From positions 1-64,000 of the IMG/VR virus record IMGVR_UViG_3300028635_000004: a DNA stretch of 64,000 nucleotides; one strand, 5' to 3'. Both the position numbers and the translations under genes were made by a program. Each line of letters starts with the position of its first letter. Positions within the stretch are counted from its first letter, which is position 1. Positions 1 to 10,178 of the stretch are shown piece after piece. Under the pieces are notes generated by a model. The model saw only the letters and a list, made by a program, of their open reading frames with translations. It ran no database searches and had not been told where the DNA came from. The stretch is from a virus (taxonomy: Duplodnaviria > Caudoviricetes).

Positions 1-2
1 AT

Positions 3-410
3 TCTTACGGCAACGGGGCGGTGATGGTCAGGCAGACACATGAAAGGACTATTTATACTCCTGAACAGACACCTGCCTTATTCTCTTTTTACCGTGATAA
101 CGCATCGGCTGAACTTGCATGGATGGATGGTGAAAAGGTTGAGGCAGGCTGGAAACGTACCTATGGAGGCAAAACCTATGAGTGTTTACAGGCTCATCAG
201 ACACAAGCGGACTGGACACCTGATAAAGTACCCTCTTTGTGGAAAGAGGTGGTAGTGATACCGATAACGGGTGAATGGACTGTAGGCATTGCATATAAGG
301 TAGGCGATGAGGTAATGTACTTAGGTAAAAAATACCGATGCAGGCAGGCACATACAAGTATAGCGACATGGACACCAACGGCTGCCATAAGTTTATGGCT
401 TTTAGTGTAG
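3..410 (+). CDS. C-terminal part of a carbohydrate-binding (CBM5/12, ChtBD3-like) repeat protein, probably tail/receptor-binding associated; open at the left edge
   Basis: Two clear repeats (YECLQAHQTQADWTPDKVPSLWK; YRCRQAHTSIATWTPTAAISLW) plus a degenerate third (VRQTHERTIYTPEQTPALFS). The frame is open back to the window start. Confidence 0.75.
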   Translation, partial: SYGNGAVMVRQTHERTIYTPEQTPALFSFYRDNASAELAWMDGEKVEAGWKRTYGGKTYECLQAHQTQADWTPDKVPSLWKEVVVIPITGEWTVGIAYKVGDEVMYLGKKYRCRQAHTSIATWTPTAAISLWLLV

Positions 411-425
411 TAGCAAATAAACGAC

Positions 426-644
426 ATGAACGACTTAGGCAAACACTTTTTAGCAGGGGCAGCGATAGGCACGGTGATGGTACTGCTGGGCATAGCCCTA
501 TTTGGTAAGTATCTGCCTGACTGGTATGCTGCCATAGCCTTCCTGATGCCCTTCTTCGTGGGTGCGATCTACTAGGCTTATCAGTATGTCAGTGGTGACG
601 GCACGGCAGAGGTTAAAACAAGATTGGCAACTATTATAGTGTAG
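426..644 (+). pseudogene. Small membrane protein interrupted by an in-frame TAG at 573-575
   Basis: ATG at 426 gives MNDLGKHFLAGAAIG...FFVGAIY*AYQYVSGDGTAEVKTRLATIIV*. The hydrophobic reading continues plausibly past the TAG. Not in the supplied ORF track. Confidence 0.45.
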
Positions 645-736
645 TCGCTGTCAGACTTAAATAAGAAAGAGGGTTATTAAAGAATAGCAGCAGCAATAGA
701 AACAGAATTAGTATTAACAGTAAAAACAGAAAGGCA

Positions 737-1027
737 ATGAAAACAGTAAAAGTAATTCACTATCCCGAAGGCGGGAACAAGACAACAGAGATCTTTGAAG
801 CCGAGACGGTAAAAATAGTTGAGGGCTATTTACATGAGGTGGTACCCGAGGGTTTTATTGTTGACCCGAGATTTGGGGCAAGAATGGACCTTGAAAAACC
901 TCATAAGTATTGGGTAACCCTATTGTATTTGAATGATGCATCGATGCTTGCAGGATTAAATTCCAAAGTGTATGTAATGGTTGACGGCAAAACTGTCGCC
1001 TCTTACGAATCAATAATTATCGATTAA
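737..1027 (+). CDS. Hypothetical protein (96 aa)
   Basis: ORF track; ATG after an A-rich leader; no recognisable motif. Confidence 0.6.
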   Translation: MKTVKVIHYPEGGNKTTEIFEAETVKIVEGYLHEVVPEGFIVDPRFGARMDLEKPHKYWVTLLYLNDASMLAGLNSKVYVMVDGKTVASYESIIID

Positions 1028-1051
1028 ATGAAATTGCTGCTGCTATTTTAT

Positions 1052-1258
1052 ATGAACGATAAACTTAAATTAACAATAACTGCAATATTTTTTGTCGCAA
1101 CAATGCAGGCTCAAATATTTGAACCCGTACCCCTTGACAAGAAGTGGCACATCGGAGGCGGGTCATTCCGGGGGCTTGGCATGATAATGGTTACGATTCA
1201 TATGAATATAGGGGAGATTTACCAAGAACAGCTGGCTATCAGTCAACAGCAATATTAG
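1052..1258 (+). pseudogene. 5' fragment of a small exported/membrane protein, apparently truncated near 1185
   Basis: MNDKLKLTITAIFFVATMQAQIFEPVPLDKKWHIGGG looks like a signal peptide followed by a DKxxH motif. After about 1185 the protein-like frame switches. Confidence 0.35.
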
Positions 1259-1497
1259 GACCTACCGCGGGAGTTTTACCAAAAACTGTAGGTGGCAGTG
1301 ATTCAACATATTATTGCGATTACTTTTATACATCTATACCTCCATCGGGCATATCTTTAAAAATGCCTTTAATTGGTGGGAGAACTGCTTTTGGTACACA
1401 AAACGGTTTAATATGTTCTTCTAGTTTTACCGATGCAAATGTTCCATCCAGTCTTATTGGTTTCAGACTTAGGTATGAAGAAGAACCTTTAACGTAA
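1186..1497 (+). pseudogene. Orphan C-terminal C-type-lectin (DGR-target-like) tip of a receptor-binding protein
   Basis: YEYRGDLPRTAGY...VGGSDSTYYCDYFYTSIP...LIGG...IGFRL matches the C-terminal pattern I recall for Bacteroidota phage DGR target proteins. There is no in-frame ATG before the domain, only a GTG at 1144. Confidence 0.6.
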
Positions 1498-1509
1498 ATA
1501 TAATAAATA

Positions 1510-2091
1510 ATGAATATGGAAAAATTATTACCAAAGAGAGGTACTTATATTGTTATGGTTAAATCTTATAGTGCTTTAGCTAAAGTTATAAGGTTTGGTA
1601 TGAGAGTTGAGCAGTTTATGAAACGTGAAAAAAGGTATGTTGATTTAAACCATGCAGATATTCTTATTGACGGTATGGTATCTGGTGCTATTGCTAGCGG
1701 TGTAGCAAATAGGACAGTTAATTCCTCATATATTAATGATGGTAAGAAACGAGAATTATATGTCTTTAAAGTAAAAGTTCCTAAAGGCAAAAAAGCATCT
1801 CTTAGGGATTTCTGCTTAGATTCAGATAAAAAGAAATATGAAGTATTGAATTTCTTGTGGCATGCTATTGATATATTATTCCATAAGTGGTTTGGTAAGA
1901 AAGGTAATAAAGCAACCAAACGTGTTTATTGTATAGAGTATGTTGCAATGGGTATTAATAAATTATATCCTGGTTTAATTAGCGAACCGTGGCTCGTTAA
2001 TCCTAATGATTTATATAAGTTATTAATATCAGATACTAATAAATTTCAACTGACTGAAGTTATAAAAATTCCAGTTGCTAAAAAAGATTAA
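1510..2091 (+). CDS. Permuted papain-like (YaeF/YiiX, NlpC/P60) amidase/hydrolase
   Basis: N-terminal NHADI His and C-terminal VYCIEYVA Cys, the permuted order; adjacent to the lysis genes. Confidence 0.65.
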   Translation: MNMEKLLPKRGTYIVMVKSYSALAKVIRFGMRVEQFMKREKRYVDLNHADILIDGMVSGAIASGVANRTVNSSYINDGKKRELYVFKVKVPKGKKASLRDFCLDSDKKKYEVLNFLWHAIDILFHKWFGKKGNKATKRVYCIEYVAMGINKLYPGLISEPWLVNPNDLYKLLISDTNKFQLTEVIKIPVAKKD

Positions 2092-2093
2092 GT

Positions 2094-2378
2094 ATGATAA
2101 AAGAAATTTGTGATTCATCAGATAGTAAATTTGAAGCATTAGACGAAATATTGGCTCAGTTGCAGAAAGATGTAGCAGAGATTAAAGTTGCTTTGCTTGG
2201 TAATGAATATAACCCAGGTGCCGGTTTGGTATATCGCACAATTGCTGTAGAGCGTGAATTAGAGCGTCTTAAAAATAAAGTCTATAGGATTATATGGACT
2301 ACTGCTGGTGCGGCAAGTGTGTTGACAATTGTATTAAATATCATATGGGTGTTATTCCAAAAGTTTGTATTACATTAG
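2094..2378 (+). CDS. Putative holin (coiled coil plus C-terminal transmembrane helix)
   Basis: Hydrophobic IIWTTAGAASVLTIVLNIIWVLF; directly upstream of the endolysin. Confidence 0.55.
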   Translation: MIKEICDSSDSKFEALDEILAQLQKDVAEIKVALLGNEYNPGAGLVYRTIAVERELERLKNKVYRIIWTTAGAASVLTIVLNIIWVLFQKFVLH

Positions 2379-2854
2379 TGGAGAATATATCTAAACATAT
2401 AACTTATAAGGAAGCTACTTATTCCTATACTGCTATACAAAATGGTATAGACAATACACCTAATGAACCACAGCTTAGGAATATGATTTTGCTCGCAGAG
2501 GCCATTTTTGAGCCCTTACGCGAGTTTATGGGTGTTCCTATAGCTATTACATCATTCTTTAGGTCAAAGGCCTTAAATCAAAAATTAAAGGGGTCTAGGA
2601 CGAGTCAGCATTTAGCTAACAATGGTGCAGCTATGGACATTACTGCTAATATATATGGCAAGCTATCAAATTTAGATATATTTGATTATATAAGGGAGAA
2701 CTTGGACTTTGATCAATTAATATCAGAATATCCGGATGAGAATGGTGTACCTACTTGGGTGCATGTATCATATAAAGCAAAGGGCAATCGTAAAGAGATT
2801 TTAATATCCCAGCTCACTGAGACTGGTAAGACATATTATATTAAGGTTGGTTAG
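2378..2854 (+). CDS. Endolysin, peptidase M15 family
   Basis: SFFRSKALN...SQH...AMDI...WVHVSY zinc-peptidase motifs. Probable GTG start at 2378 overlapping the holin stop. Confidence 0.85.
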   Translation: MENISKHITYKEATYSYTAIQNGIDNTPNEPQLRNMILLAEAIFEPLREFMGVPIAITSFFRSKALNQKLKGSRTSQHLANNGAAMDITANIYGKLSNLDIFDYIRENLDFDQLISEYPDENGVPTWVHVSYKAKGNRKEILISQLTETGKTYYIKVG

Positions 2855-2855
2855 T

Positions 2856-3575
2856 ATGAAAACAAGTAATGTTAGTAAACTAAAAACGTTAGTTATAGTA
2901 ATTCTATCAGCGGCATTAGCGTTTTCCGTTGTTAGGATTGTTGGGTATAATAGGATTATACAAAATACTAACAGTATATTAGACTATATTGAACTTCAAA
3001 ATGATAATTTAAACAAGGATATTGCTGATTTACAGAGCAAATATATGGTAAAAGAGAAGGAGTATGCTAAATTGGACTCACTCCTTGACAACAAAAACAA
3101 ACAATTAGATAGATTAAAGCTGGAGAATCGCGATCTACAATTAAAGTTAGCTAACCTAGAAAACGTTATGGCAAACATACCGAGTGATTCTTCGTATAAT
3201 TATTTGATGCATAGGTATATACCTACACAAGACTCCTTGCCATATGGTTTTGCCCCTAATCAAGTCAAAGCTATTCATTATGATGTGATAGCCTATGATT
3301 ATACAAAAGTCTTAAATTCAAATGTAGATTCATTAAATAGGGTTTTAAATTCATTGTATAAAACAAGTACATTAAAGTTTAAAACTTGTGCAGATCAAAA
3401 TTCAATATTGTTAGAGCAACAGTCTCTACAAAATGAAAAGATTGCTAATTTAGAAGCAACAAATAATATTTATAAAAAGCAAATAAAAAAAGAGTTAGTT
3501 AAATCCTCTGCATTTGGGATTGGTGTTGCAGGTGTATTAACGTATATAGTAGTTAAATCTATAATTAATAAGTAA
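2856..3575 (+). CDS. Spanin-like membrane-anchored coiled-coil protein
   Basis: N-terminal TM helix, long coiled coil, C-terminal hydrophobic segment; follows the endolysin. Confidence 0.5.
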   Translation: MKTSNVSKLKTLVIVILSAALAFSVVRIVGYNRIIQNTNSILDYIELQNDNLNKDIADLQSKYMVKEKEYAKLDSLLDNKNKQLDRLKLENRDLQLKLANLENVMANIPSDSSYNYLMHRYIPTQDSLPYGFAPNQVKAIHYDVIAYDYTKVLNSNVDSLNRVLNSLYKTSTLKFKTCADQNSILLEQQSLQNEKIANLEATNNIYKKQIKKELVKSSAFGIGVAGVLTYIVVKSIINK

Positions 3576-3576
3576 T

Positions 3577-4272
3577 ATGATTGAATTTACAACATTAGAT
3601 ACTATAACTACAGACTTGCTAAATATAATAAGGAATTTTAATGTATCCCGTAGTGAAGATATATCCAAACGTCAATTAGAGATGTGGGTACATCAACACA
3701 GAGCTTTGCTCATTAAACAAGACATTGATAAGGGTAAGTTACCTAATCCTGATTATATACAGACAATTCCATCTTTACAATTAGAAGTTGTAGATGAGTC
3801 AGAGGGCGGAGATATAGAAACTAATTCATATATTTTAAGGACAGAATTAGAAATACCTAATACTCTAGATTTTAATTTTAAATCAGGTTTTACATATATA
3901 GGTACAATAGACGGTCATGAGATTCAATTTATACCAGAGGGTAGGCGTAAGTGGCAACAGTATAAGAAATATACTAAAAATGATAACTTAGCATTCCTTA
4001 GGGACAATAGACTTTATCTTATATATCCAAAGCCAATTCATCAGATTACAGTGAGGGGAATATTTGAAGTACCTACAGAGGTTATGAATATTGTTAATCC
4101 TCATCATACACCTACAGAAGGTGGTTGGTCTGATCCCTACCCAATTCCTATCAATATGTTACCTACTCTTAAAGAAATGATACTTAAGAAAGAGTTAGGC
4201 ATTGGTGTATCCGCTTTAAGCGATAACAAAAATGATAGTGCTAACTTTGTATCAAAGGATACAATAACTTAG
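3577..4272 (+). CDS. crAss-like tail ring protein
   Basis: Position before the IHF-like, ring and muzzle genes; ITVRGIFEVP and YPIP motifs typical of crAss ring proteins. Confidence 0.65.
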   Translation: MIEFTTLDTITTDLLNIIRNFNVSRSEDISKRQLEMWVHQHRALLIKQDIDKGKLPNPDYIQTIPSLQLEVVDESEGGDIETNSYILRTELEIPNTLDFNFKSGFTYIGTIDGHEIQFIPEGRRKWQQYKKYTKNDNLAFLRDNRLYLIYPKPIHQITVRGIFEVPTEVMNIVNPHHTPTEGGWSDPYPIPINMLPTLKEMILKKELGIGVSALSDNKNDSANFVSKDTIT

Positions 4273-4276
4273 AAAC

Positions 4277-4744
4277 ATGTCGAAATTTTATGGTAGAGGT
4301 AAAAATGTGATTCAACAACCTTACACCTTGCCAGATATGTATCAAGCTTATATTAAAGACATACCAAAAGAATCAGCCTACTATGTTACGTATAACGAAT
4401 ACGCTAAGATAGTAGGTTTATTTTATAAAGAGGTGTCTAATAAAATAATACAGCAAGGTGAATTATTCCATATGCCTTTTAGGTTGGGGGACACATATGT
4501 AGAAAAAAAGAAAGTAGATTATAATAACAGACCTCCTATAGATTGGCAAATGACTACAGCAATGGGGAAAGTTATTTATAATTTTAATGAACACTCAGCT
4601 GGTTATAAGTATGAATTAAAATGGAATAAACGTAATAGTATATTCCGTAATGTTTATTTATATAGGTTGGTGTACACTCGTGCAAATAAACGTGCTGTAG
4701 CTAAATGTGTTAAGAGTCGTACAATTGATTATTTTGAAAAATAA
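4277..4744 (+). CDS. IHF/HU-like protein of the crAss tail module
   Basis: EYAKIVGLFYKEVSNKII.QGELFHMPFRLG resembles the HU/IHF fold; conserved synteny. Confidence 0.6.
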   Translation: MSKFYGRGKNVIQQPYTLPDMYQAYIKDIPKESAYYVTYNEYAKIVGLFYKEVSNKIIQQGELFHMPFRLGDTYVEKKKVDYNNRPPIDWQMTTAMGKVIYNFNEHSAGYKYELKWNKRNSIFRNVYLYRLVYTRANKRAVAKCVKSRTIDYFEK

Positions 4745-4749
4745 TATAT

Positions 4750-5667
4750 ATGATCTATAAGTTAACCAGTGTTAAGTCTGTTATTGCAAAGGTCTTTACT
4801 GACTTGGACTTACACGAAGAGACACATAGGGTATCAGATATGATAGAATGGGCTGGTGAAGCACTTGAGAAGATTGGTGCTTTCCCTTATTTTGTTAATA
4901 AGGTTACTGGTCTTGAAGGAGTTCCTTTGCTGGAACTTAATAACTATCAAGTTAAATTACCTTGTGATTTTTATTCTGTCATACAAATGACATATTCAAG
5001 TAATCCCAACGGTCCTTTTTTACCAATGAGGTATTCAACTGGTAATTTTGAAACCTATGGTGAATCTAAAGTCATAAGCAATACTAGGGTTACTCCTCCT
5101 GAGTCTGATATTATTACATTTGCAATGGAGCTTTATAATATGAAGTACGATGAGGCTATTACATATTTGAATACCAATCCTGAGAAACGTACACTCATAA
5201 TTGCTATGATTTCAGACGGTTATGTGAGAGTTCCTAATATGAGTAATATAGGTGATCCACTTAACACTACAGATGATATTACTTATGTCATTGCTCATAA
5301 CTATATTAAAACCAATGTGCGTACCGGTTATATTATGTTAGCTTATCAAGCTATTCCTACAGACTGTGAAGGTTATCCCATGATACCAGACGATGCTAGT
5401 TTTAAAGAAGCAATATACTGGTATATAAATATGAAGCTTATGTATCCCAAATGGGTTGATGGTAGGGTAAGAGATGCTGTTTACGCAGATGCTAAACGTT
5501 CGTGGCATTATTATTGTAGGCAAGCTTATGGCAATGCTTTAATGCCAAATACAGATAAACTTGAAAGTATTAAAAATGCTTGGATTAGGTTAGTGCCCGA
5601 AATACATGAGCATAGTTCTGGGTTTTCAATACTTGGTCAAGAGGAGTATTACTATAATCATAATTAA
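4750..5667 (+). CDS. Tail tubular/ring protein (P22 gp4-like, crAss ring)
   Basis: MIYKLTSVKSVIAKVFTDLD N-terminus and YQAIPTDCEGYPMIPDD motif; immediately upstream of the muzzle gene. Confidence 0.7.
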   Translation: MIYKLTSVKSVIAKVFTDLDLHEETHRVSDMIEWAGEALEKIGAFPYFVNKVTGLEGVPLLELNNYQVKLPCDFYSVIQMTYSSNPNGPFLPMRYSTGNFETYGESKVISNTRVTPPESDIITFAMELYNMKYDEAITYLNTNPEKRTLIIAMISDGYVRVPNMSNIGDPLNTTDDITYVIAHNYIKTNVRTGYIMLAYQAIPTDCEGYPMIPDDASFKEAIYWYINMKLMYPKWVDGRVRDAVYADAKRSWHYYCRQAYGNALMPNTDKLESIKNAWIRLVPEIHEHSSGFSILGQEEYYYNHN

Positions 5668-5669
5668 TT

Positions 5670-8600
5670 ATGGCTGAAAAAGTTGTAAATGGTTTTATGA
5701 AAGGCATGTCTACAGACATGCATTATTCGACATTAGATAATCAGCAATATTTATATGCAGAAAATATTAGGCCTATAAGTTCTGGTTTTAGTACAACTGG
5801 TGCTATAGAGAATATAAAGGGTAATAGTTTTATAGGTGATTTTGGTTTTACAGACGATCAAACTCTTATACCAGGTAATACTTATATGGTTGTACAACCT
5901 ACAGTTACTTATGGTGGTGTAACTTATGATGTATATGAAACATTCATATGTACAGTACCTGGTGGCAATACTTTTACTGGGGGTAGAATTATAAATATTA
6001 GTGCTTATGGTATACCTGCCGATATGTATGTTATTGGTGGTGTTGAGCTAAGGGATGTTATTGTATTGTTTACTACAAATAATACGAGGTCTCAAATATA
6101 TACTTTAAGTTTAACTGGTACATCAAGTAGCCAATTATCCGCATTAACTTTATTATACGATGATGAATATAATATCGATCACTCGCGGTTAATGTTTAAT
6201 GTTGATAATAGGGTGAGGGCTGTAGCTAGGTATGAAACACCAAATATTCAAAAGGTATATTGGACGGATGGGATAAATCCGTTACGATATTTAAATATAA
6301 ATAAACATTGTACTGTTAATGGTGAACCATATGTAATACCAGGTGACTATTGGGGTATTGATAAATTTGAGTTACTCCCTAAAGTGGTGTTAGGTAAACC
6401 ACTTGTAGTTGGTTCTACTACTGGTACTATATCTACAGGTATGGTATTTTATGCTTATCAGTTATATATTGAAAGTGGTGCTGAGTCAGCAATGTCTTAT
6501 ATAAGCGATCCTGTTCATGTTACTTCATCGGGTGATTATGATTTAAATGATTTATACTATGAAGGTGACGGTGTTGATCCCATAAAATCTAAAGGCTTTC
6601 AATTGGAGATTGACCTTAGGGGTAATACCACATTTAATAGGTTAAAGCTTATTAGGGTTCATTATGAAAGTTATAATCAAGTGCCAAAGATTTATGTGGC
6701 TGCAGATATACCTATTGATTTACAAAATGAATATGCTTATCTTGTAGATACTGGTTCTATAATAACAGAACTTACACCTGAAGAATTTGCTATTGATTCA
6801 ACAGAGATATTTATATGTCAGGAGTTAGCCAGTAAAGATAATATATTATTTGCTGCTAATATAGAAAAGAAGACATTTAATATAGACGATTTTGATGCTA
6901 GGGCTGTGAGGTTTAAAAAGTATACAGAGTCTACATCTGGTACTGGTTATGTATATACTTATGTGTGTGATGAATCTCCAGCGGACGATTATGATTATCT
7001 TACTACTGAAATAATGCCACCAGACACTGTTAGGGTGATTATCCATAACTTCAGAGAATGGGCTGGTATTCCAACAGATAGGTATATTACAACAATTGAT
7101 CAAATTCGTTTTGATAGGGTAGAGTTTAGTTATAGAGATCAATATCAACAAGACTATAATGCCTTTACGACTAACTTTACAATTAATCATACATCGTGGG
7201 ATGGTACTACCTTATTAATAGATATGATATTACATGATTATTTATTTGACGGTACTGAAACCCCTACAAGGTGTGTATTGCGTAGGTTTGACTATCAAGA
7301 CTATACTTTTAGGTATAGTTATACCGCTAGTGGTGCCCAAACAATAGTATCTGATATTACAGATATGAGCCATGGCTATGGTGGTTGTTCTATACTAAGG
7401 CCCACCGATACATCAAATCCCTTTGCTTGGCATGTAGCTGGTTGGCATAATTATAGGAAGTATCATGACGGTGTTAATTACTTTAATAACCCAGACAATG
7501 ACGGCGATGCATCGAAAGAATATATGTATAAGTCCGATGGTACTGAATTAGGTGCAGAAGGCCCCAATATTATTGTATCAATTGAGTGGGTAGATATTAC
7601 AATAGATGATGTTGCTTCTACTTCTGAAACCTATCATGTTGCTGTAAGTCCCGGTGAGTCATATAGCAATTATTCAAGTCCATTGAATATTGGTAAGTTA
7701 AGTTGGCAGCGTGACGAAGTATATAGGTTGTTTATAAGTTTTAAAAATACACGTGGTCAAGACACAGAGCCTAAATGGATTTGTGATTTAAGGATGCCTA
7801 AGTTTATTGATAATATATATGGTTATGGTAGGTTTACTCATAGTATGTATACTTATACACATGCTAGGCGCTTGTTTCCAGTAGTTGAGATTAGGCCTGG
7901 TAGTTGGCCAAGCGATGCTGTATCTGCTCAAATATATAGGGTTCCAAGATATAAAGAGGATCGTCAAGTTGTTACTCAATGTTTGGCTTATCCCTTTACT
8001 TATGTATATAACGGTTGGTATATTGACAGGGCCATTAACCCATTACCTACATATGATGGTAGTGATAATAATACTAACTTAGTAAAATTAGTATCGCCTG
8101 AAATAAATATTACTAAAAATATAGCAAGTACCGGCAATGACTTCTTGGAATATGTACATCACTTTGGTGATAATTATATAACATCTGGTGGCTATGGTGC
8201 TTTGAACCAACGATCTATTGTTAAGTGTAGGGCCTGTACACCAAAAACATCCTATAATTTAAATGATCGTACTGGTATAACGGATATGACTAGTGTTATG
8301 CCATTAGATAATCAAGCTAGTTTTGCTGTAGCTGGTATAAGTTTTCACAACTATAATGATGAATCTTATATAAATGCCAAAGGTTCTACAGGCTTAGTTG
8401 TTAAATATGGTAACAATTCATGGTCAGCAGAAGGTAAACGTTTAGCGGTTGTTAATTATAAAACCAATTGCTGGAATTCACAGTACGGTGGTTTAACATA
8501 TGAGAACAGGCAGTTCAATAATATGGTGCCTTGTTCTGATATTATGAAAGAACTTACTGGTATAGCAATATGTAATTATGGCGATACATTTATAAATTAT

Positions 8601-10178
8601 TTTGATGTATCAACATTATTATATGATATGAGTGTTGCAGAAGGTAGTTGGTCTGACTATTCGAAAAATGAATCAGTATATGTGCCATTAGAGTCTTCTA
8701 TAAACTGTAATTTGAGACATGGTGGATTTGAAATGCATAAACAATACAATGTTAATGAATCATACATGTTACAAGAGGAACTAGGCGCTCATATGTTTAC
8801 TGATAGCAATAGTATATTACATACTTATAATCAAACTAATGATATGTATAAATATAATACTGTGTATTCGCAACAACCATTAGTAGCCGGCTTAGTATCA
8901 ATAGATGAAAGTCGTAAAAGCGAAACAGTATTTGATACACAGATTAGGGCGTCTCTACAAAAGGTTAATGGTGAATATGTAGATTCATGGACTAAGTTTG
9001 GTGTTAATGAAACTATAGAAGTTGATAGTTTATATGGTCCGTTAAACGCTTTACTTGAATATGGTCATTCGTTATATTTCTGGCAGGACAAGGCATTTGG
9101 TACATTATCTGTAAATACTAGGTCTTTAATACAAGATAATAATACAGCTCAACTTGTATTAGGTACAGGTGGCGTCTTAGACCGTTATGATTATATATCA
9201 ACTGTTAAAGGTTGTGAAGATAAGTTTTCTATTGTAGCAGGTGTTGCTGGTATATATTGGGTTGATAGGCAAAATAGGTCTATTAATAGGTTTGCTGAGA
9301 CACTCGTAGATTTAGCTTTACAAAAGGGCGTTAAGTCTTTATTTATGTTAGACGAGGATATAATACGTTGGTCTACTTATTTAGCAGTACATGATAAAGA
9401 GAATAATGAAGTTATATTTACATTAGCAAATTATATAAATGGTGATATGATCAATCCAGGTATGGTAGAACATGATATAAATAAACCATTTACATTATGT
9501 TTTAATGAAACAATAGATGCATTTACTTCTACATATTCTTTTGTACCATATGTATATATACCATTTAAGAATATATATTTAACTAATAGTATATATAATA
9601 CACATCAAATTGGTATGCCAGCTAACTTATTGTTTGTACACAATGTAAATGAGAATGTGCAAGCAAGGAATAATTTCTATGGTTTATATTATAATGATGT
9701 ATTGGGTCGTTATCCATCTAAAATGAGGTTAGTGTTTAATCCACATTATCTTAATTCAAAGGTGTTTGATAATTTATTTATTAATGGTGAAGTTAGGGTA
9801 TCTACAAGTGAACCAGACTTATATACACGTTATACAAATGAAACTATAGATAATGATTTATGCCCAATACATAATATAATGTTTTATAACAGTTATCAAA
9901 ATAGTGATGTTATAAACTTAATATATAAAACTAATTTAGAGCGTAGGGAGCGCATATGGACTACAGTTATTCCCAGGAATGCAATCAATAGCCCATACGA
10001 CACGCAGTATAATGATCCCACAATAGAACCTTTAACGCCTAGGGTTGGTTATACAGAAAGGCTTAGGGATAAGTATTTAGTATGTGAATTTAATACAGTA
10101 GTTCCTACTAGTAATACTGAATCATATAGGTTTATTATAGAAAATATAGGTGCAACATATAGGCAATCGCATAGGTAA
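5670..10178 (+). CDS. Tail stabilization/muzzle protein (1502 aa)
   Basis: Large beta-rich protein with GMSTD N-terminus, YWTDGINPLRYLN, FWQDKAFG and LRDKYL C-terminus; synteny. Confidence 0.75.
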   Translation: MAEKVVNGFMKGMSTDMHYSTLDNQQYLYAENIRPISSGFSTTGAIENIKGNSFIGDFGFTDDQTLIPGNTYMVVQPTVTYGGVTYDVYETFICTVPGGNTFTGGRIINISAYGIPADMYVIGGVELRDVIVLFTTNNTRSQIYTLSLTGTSSSQLSALTLLYDDEYNIDHSRLMFNVDNRVRAVARYETPNIQKVYWTDGINPLRYLNINKHCTVNGEPYVIPGDYWGIDKFELLPKVVLGKPLVVGSTTGTISTGMVFYAYQLYIESGAESAMSYISDPVHVTSSGDYDLNDLYYEGDGVDPIKSKGFQLEIDLRGNTTFNRLKLIRVHYESYNQVPKIYVAADIPIDLQNEYAYLVDTGSIITELTPEEFAIDSTEIFICQELASKDNILFAANIEKKTFNIDDFDARAVRFKKYTESTSGTGYVYTYVCDESPADDYDYLTTEIMPPDTVRVIIHNFREWAGIPTDRYITTIDQIRFDRVEFSYRDQYQQDYNAFTTNFTINHTSWDGTTLLIDMILHDYLFDGTETPTRCVLRRFDYQDYTFRYSYTASGAQTIVSDITDMSHGYGGCSILRPTDTSNPFAWHVAGWHNYRKYHDGVNYFNNPDNDGDASKEYMYKSDGTELGAEGPNIIVSIEWVDITIDDVASTSETYHVAVSPGESYSNYSSPLNIGKLSWQRDEVYRLFISFKNTRGQDTEPKWICDLRMPKFIDNIYGYGRFTHSMYTYTHARRLFPVVEIRPGSWPSDAVSAQIYRVPRYKEDRQVVTQCLAYPFTYVYNGWYIDRAINPLPTYDGSDNNTNLVKLVSPEINITKNIASTGNDFLEYVHHFGDNYITSGGYGALNQRSIVKCRACTPKTSYNLNDRTGITDMTSVMPLDNQASFAVAGISFHNYNDESYINAKGSTGLVVKYGNNSWSAEGKRLAVVNYKTNCWNSQYGGLTYENRQFNNMVPCSDIMKELTGIAICNYGDTFINYFDVSTLLYDMSVAEGSWSDYSKNESVYVPLESSINCNLRHGGFEMHKQYNVNESYMLQEELGAHMFTDSNSILHTYNQTNDMYKYNTVYSQQPLVAGLVSIDESRKSETVFDTQIRASLQKVNGEYVDSWTKFGVNETIEVDSLYGPLNALLEYGHSLYFWQDKAFGTLSVNTRSLIQDNNTAQLVLGTGGVLDRYDYISTVKGCEDKFSIVAGVAGIYWVDRQNRSINRFAETLVDLALQKGVKSLFMLDEDIIRWSTYLAVHDKENNEVIFTLANYINGDMINPGMVEHDINKPFTLCFNETIDAFTSTYSFVPYVYIPFKNIYLTNSIYNTHQIGMPANLLFVHNVNENVQARNNFYGLYYNDVLGRYPSKMRLVFNPHYLNSKVFDNLFINGEVRVSTSEPDLYTRYTNETIDNDLCPIHNIMFYNSYQNSDVINLIYKTNLERRERIWTTVIPRNAINSPYDTQYNDPTIEPLTPRVGYTERLRDKYLVCEFNTVVPTSNTESYRFIIENIGATYRQSHR

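Noticed and set aside
620-664. Frame KIGNYYSVVAVRLK* resembling a DUF1566-type variable-region end
   Set aside because: Only 14 codons, and equally explained as an alternative frame of the membrane gene's end (LATIIV).
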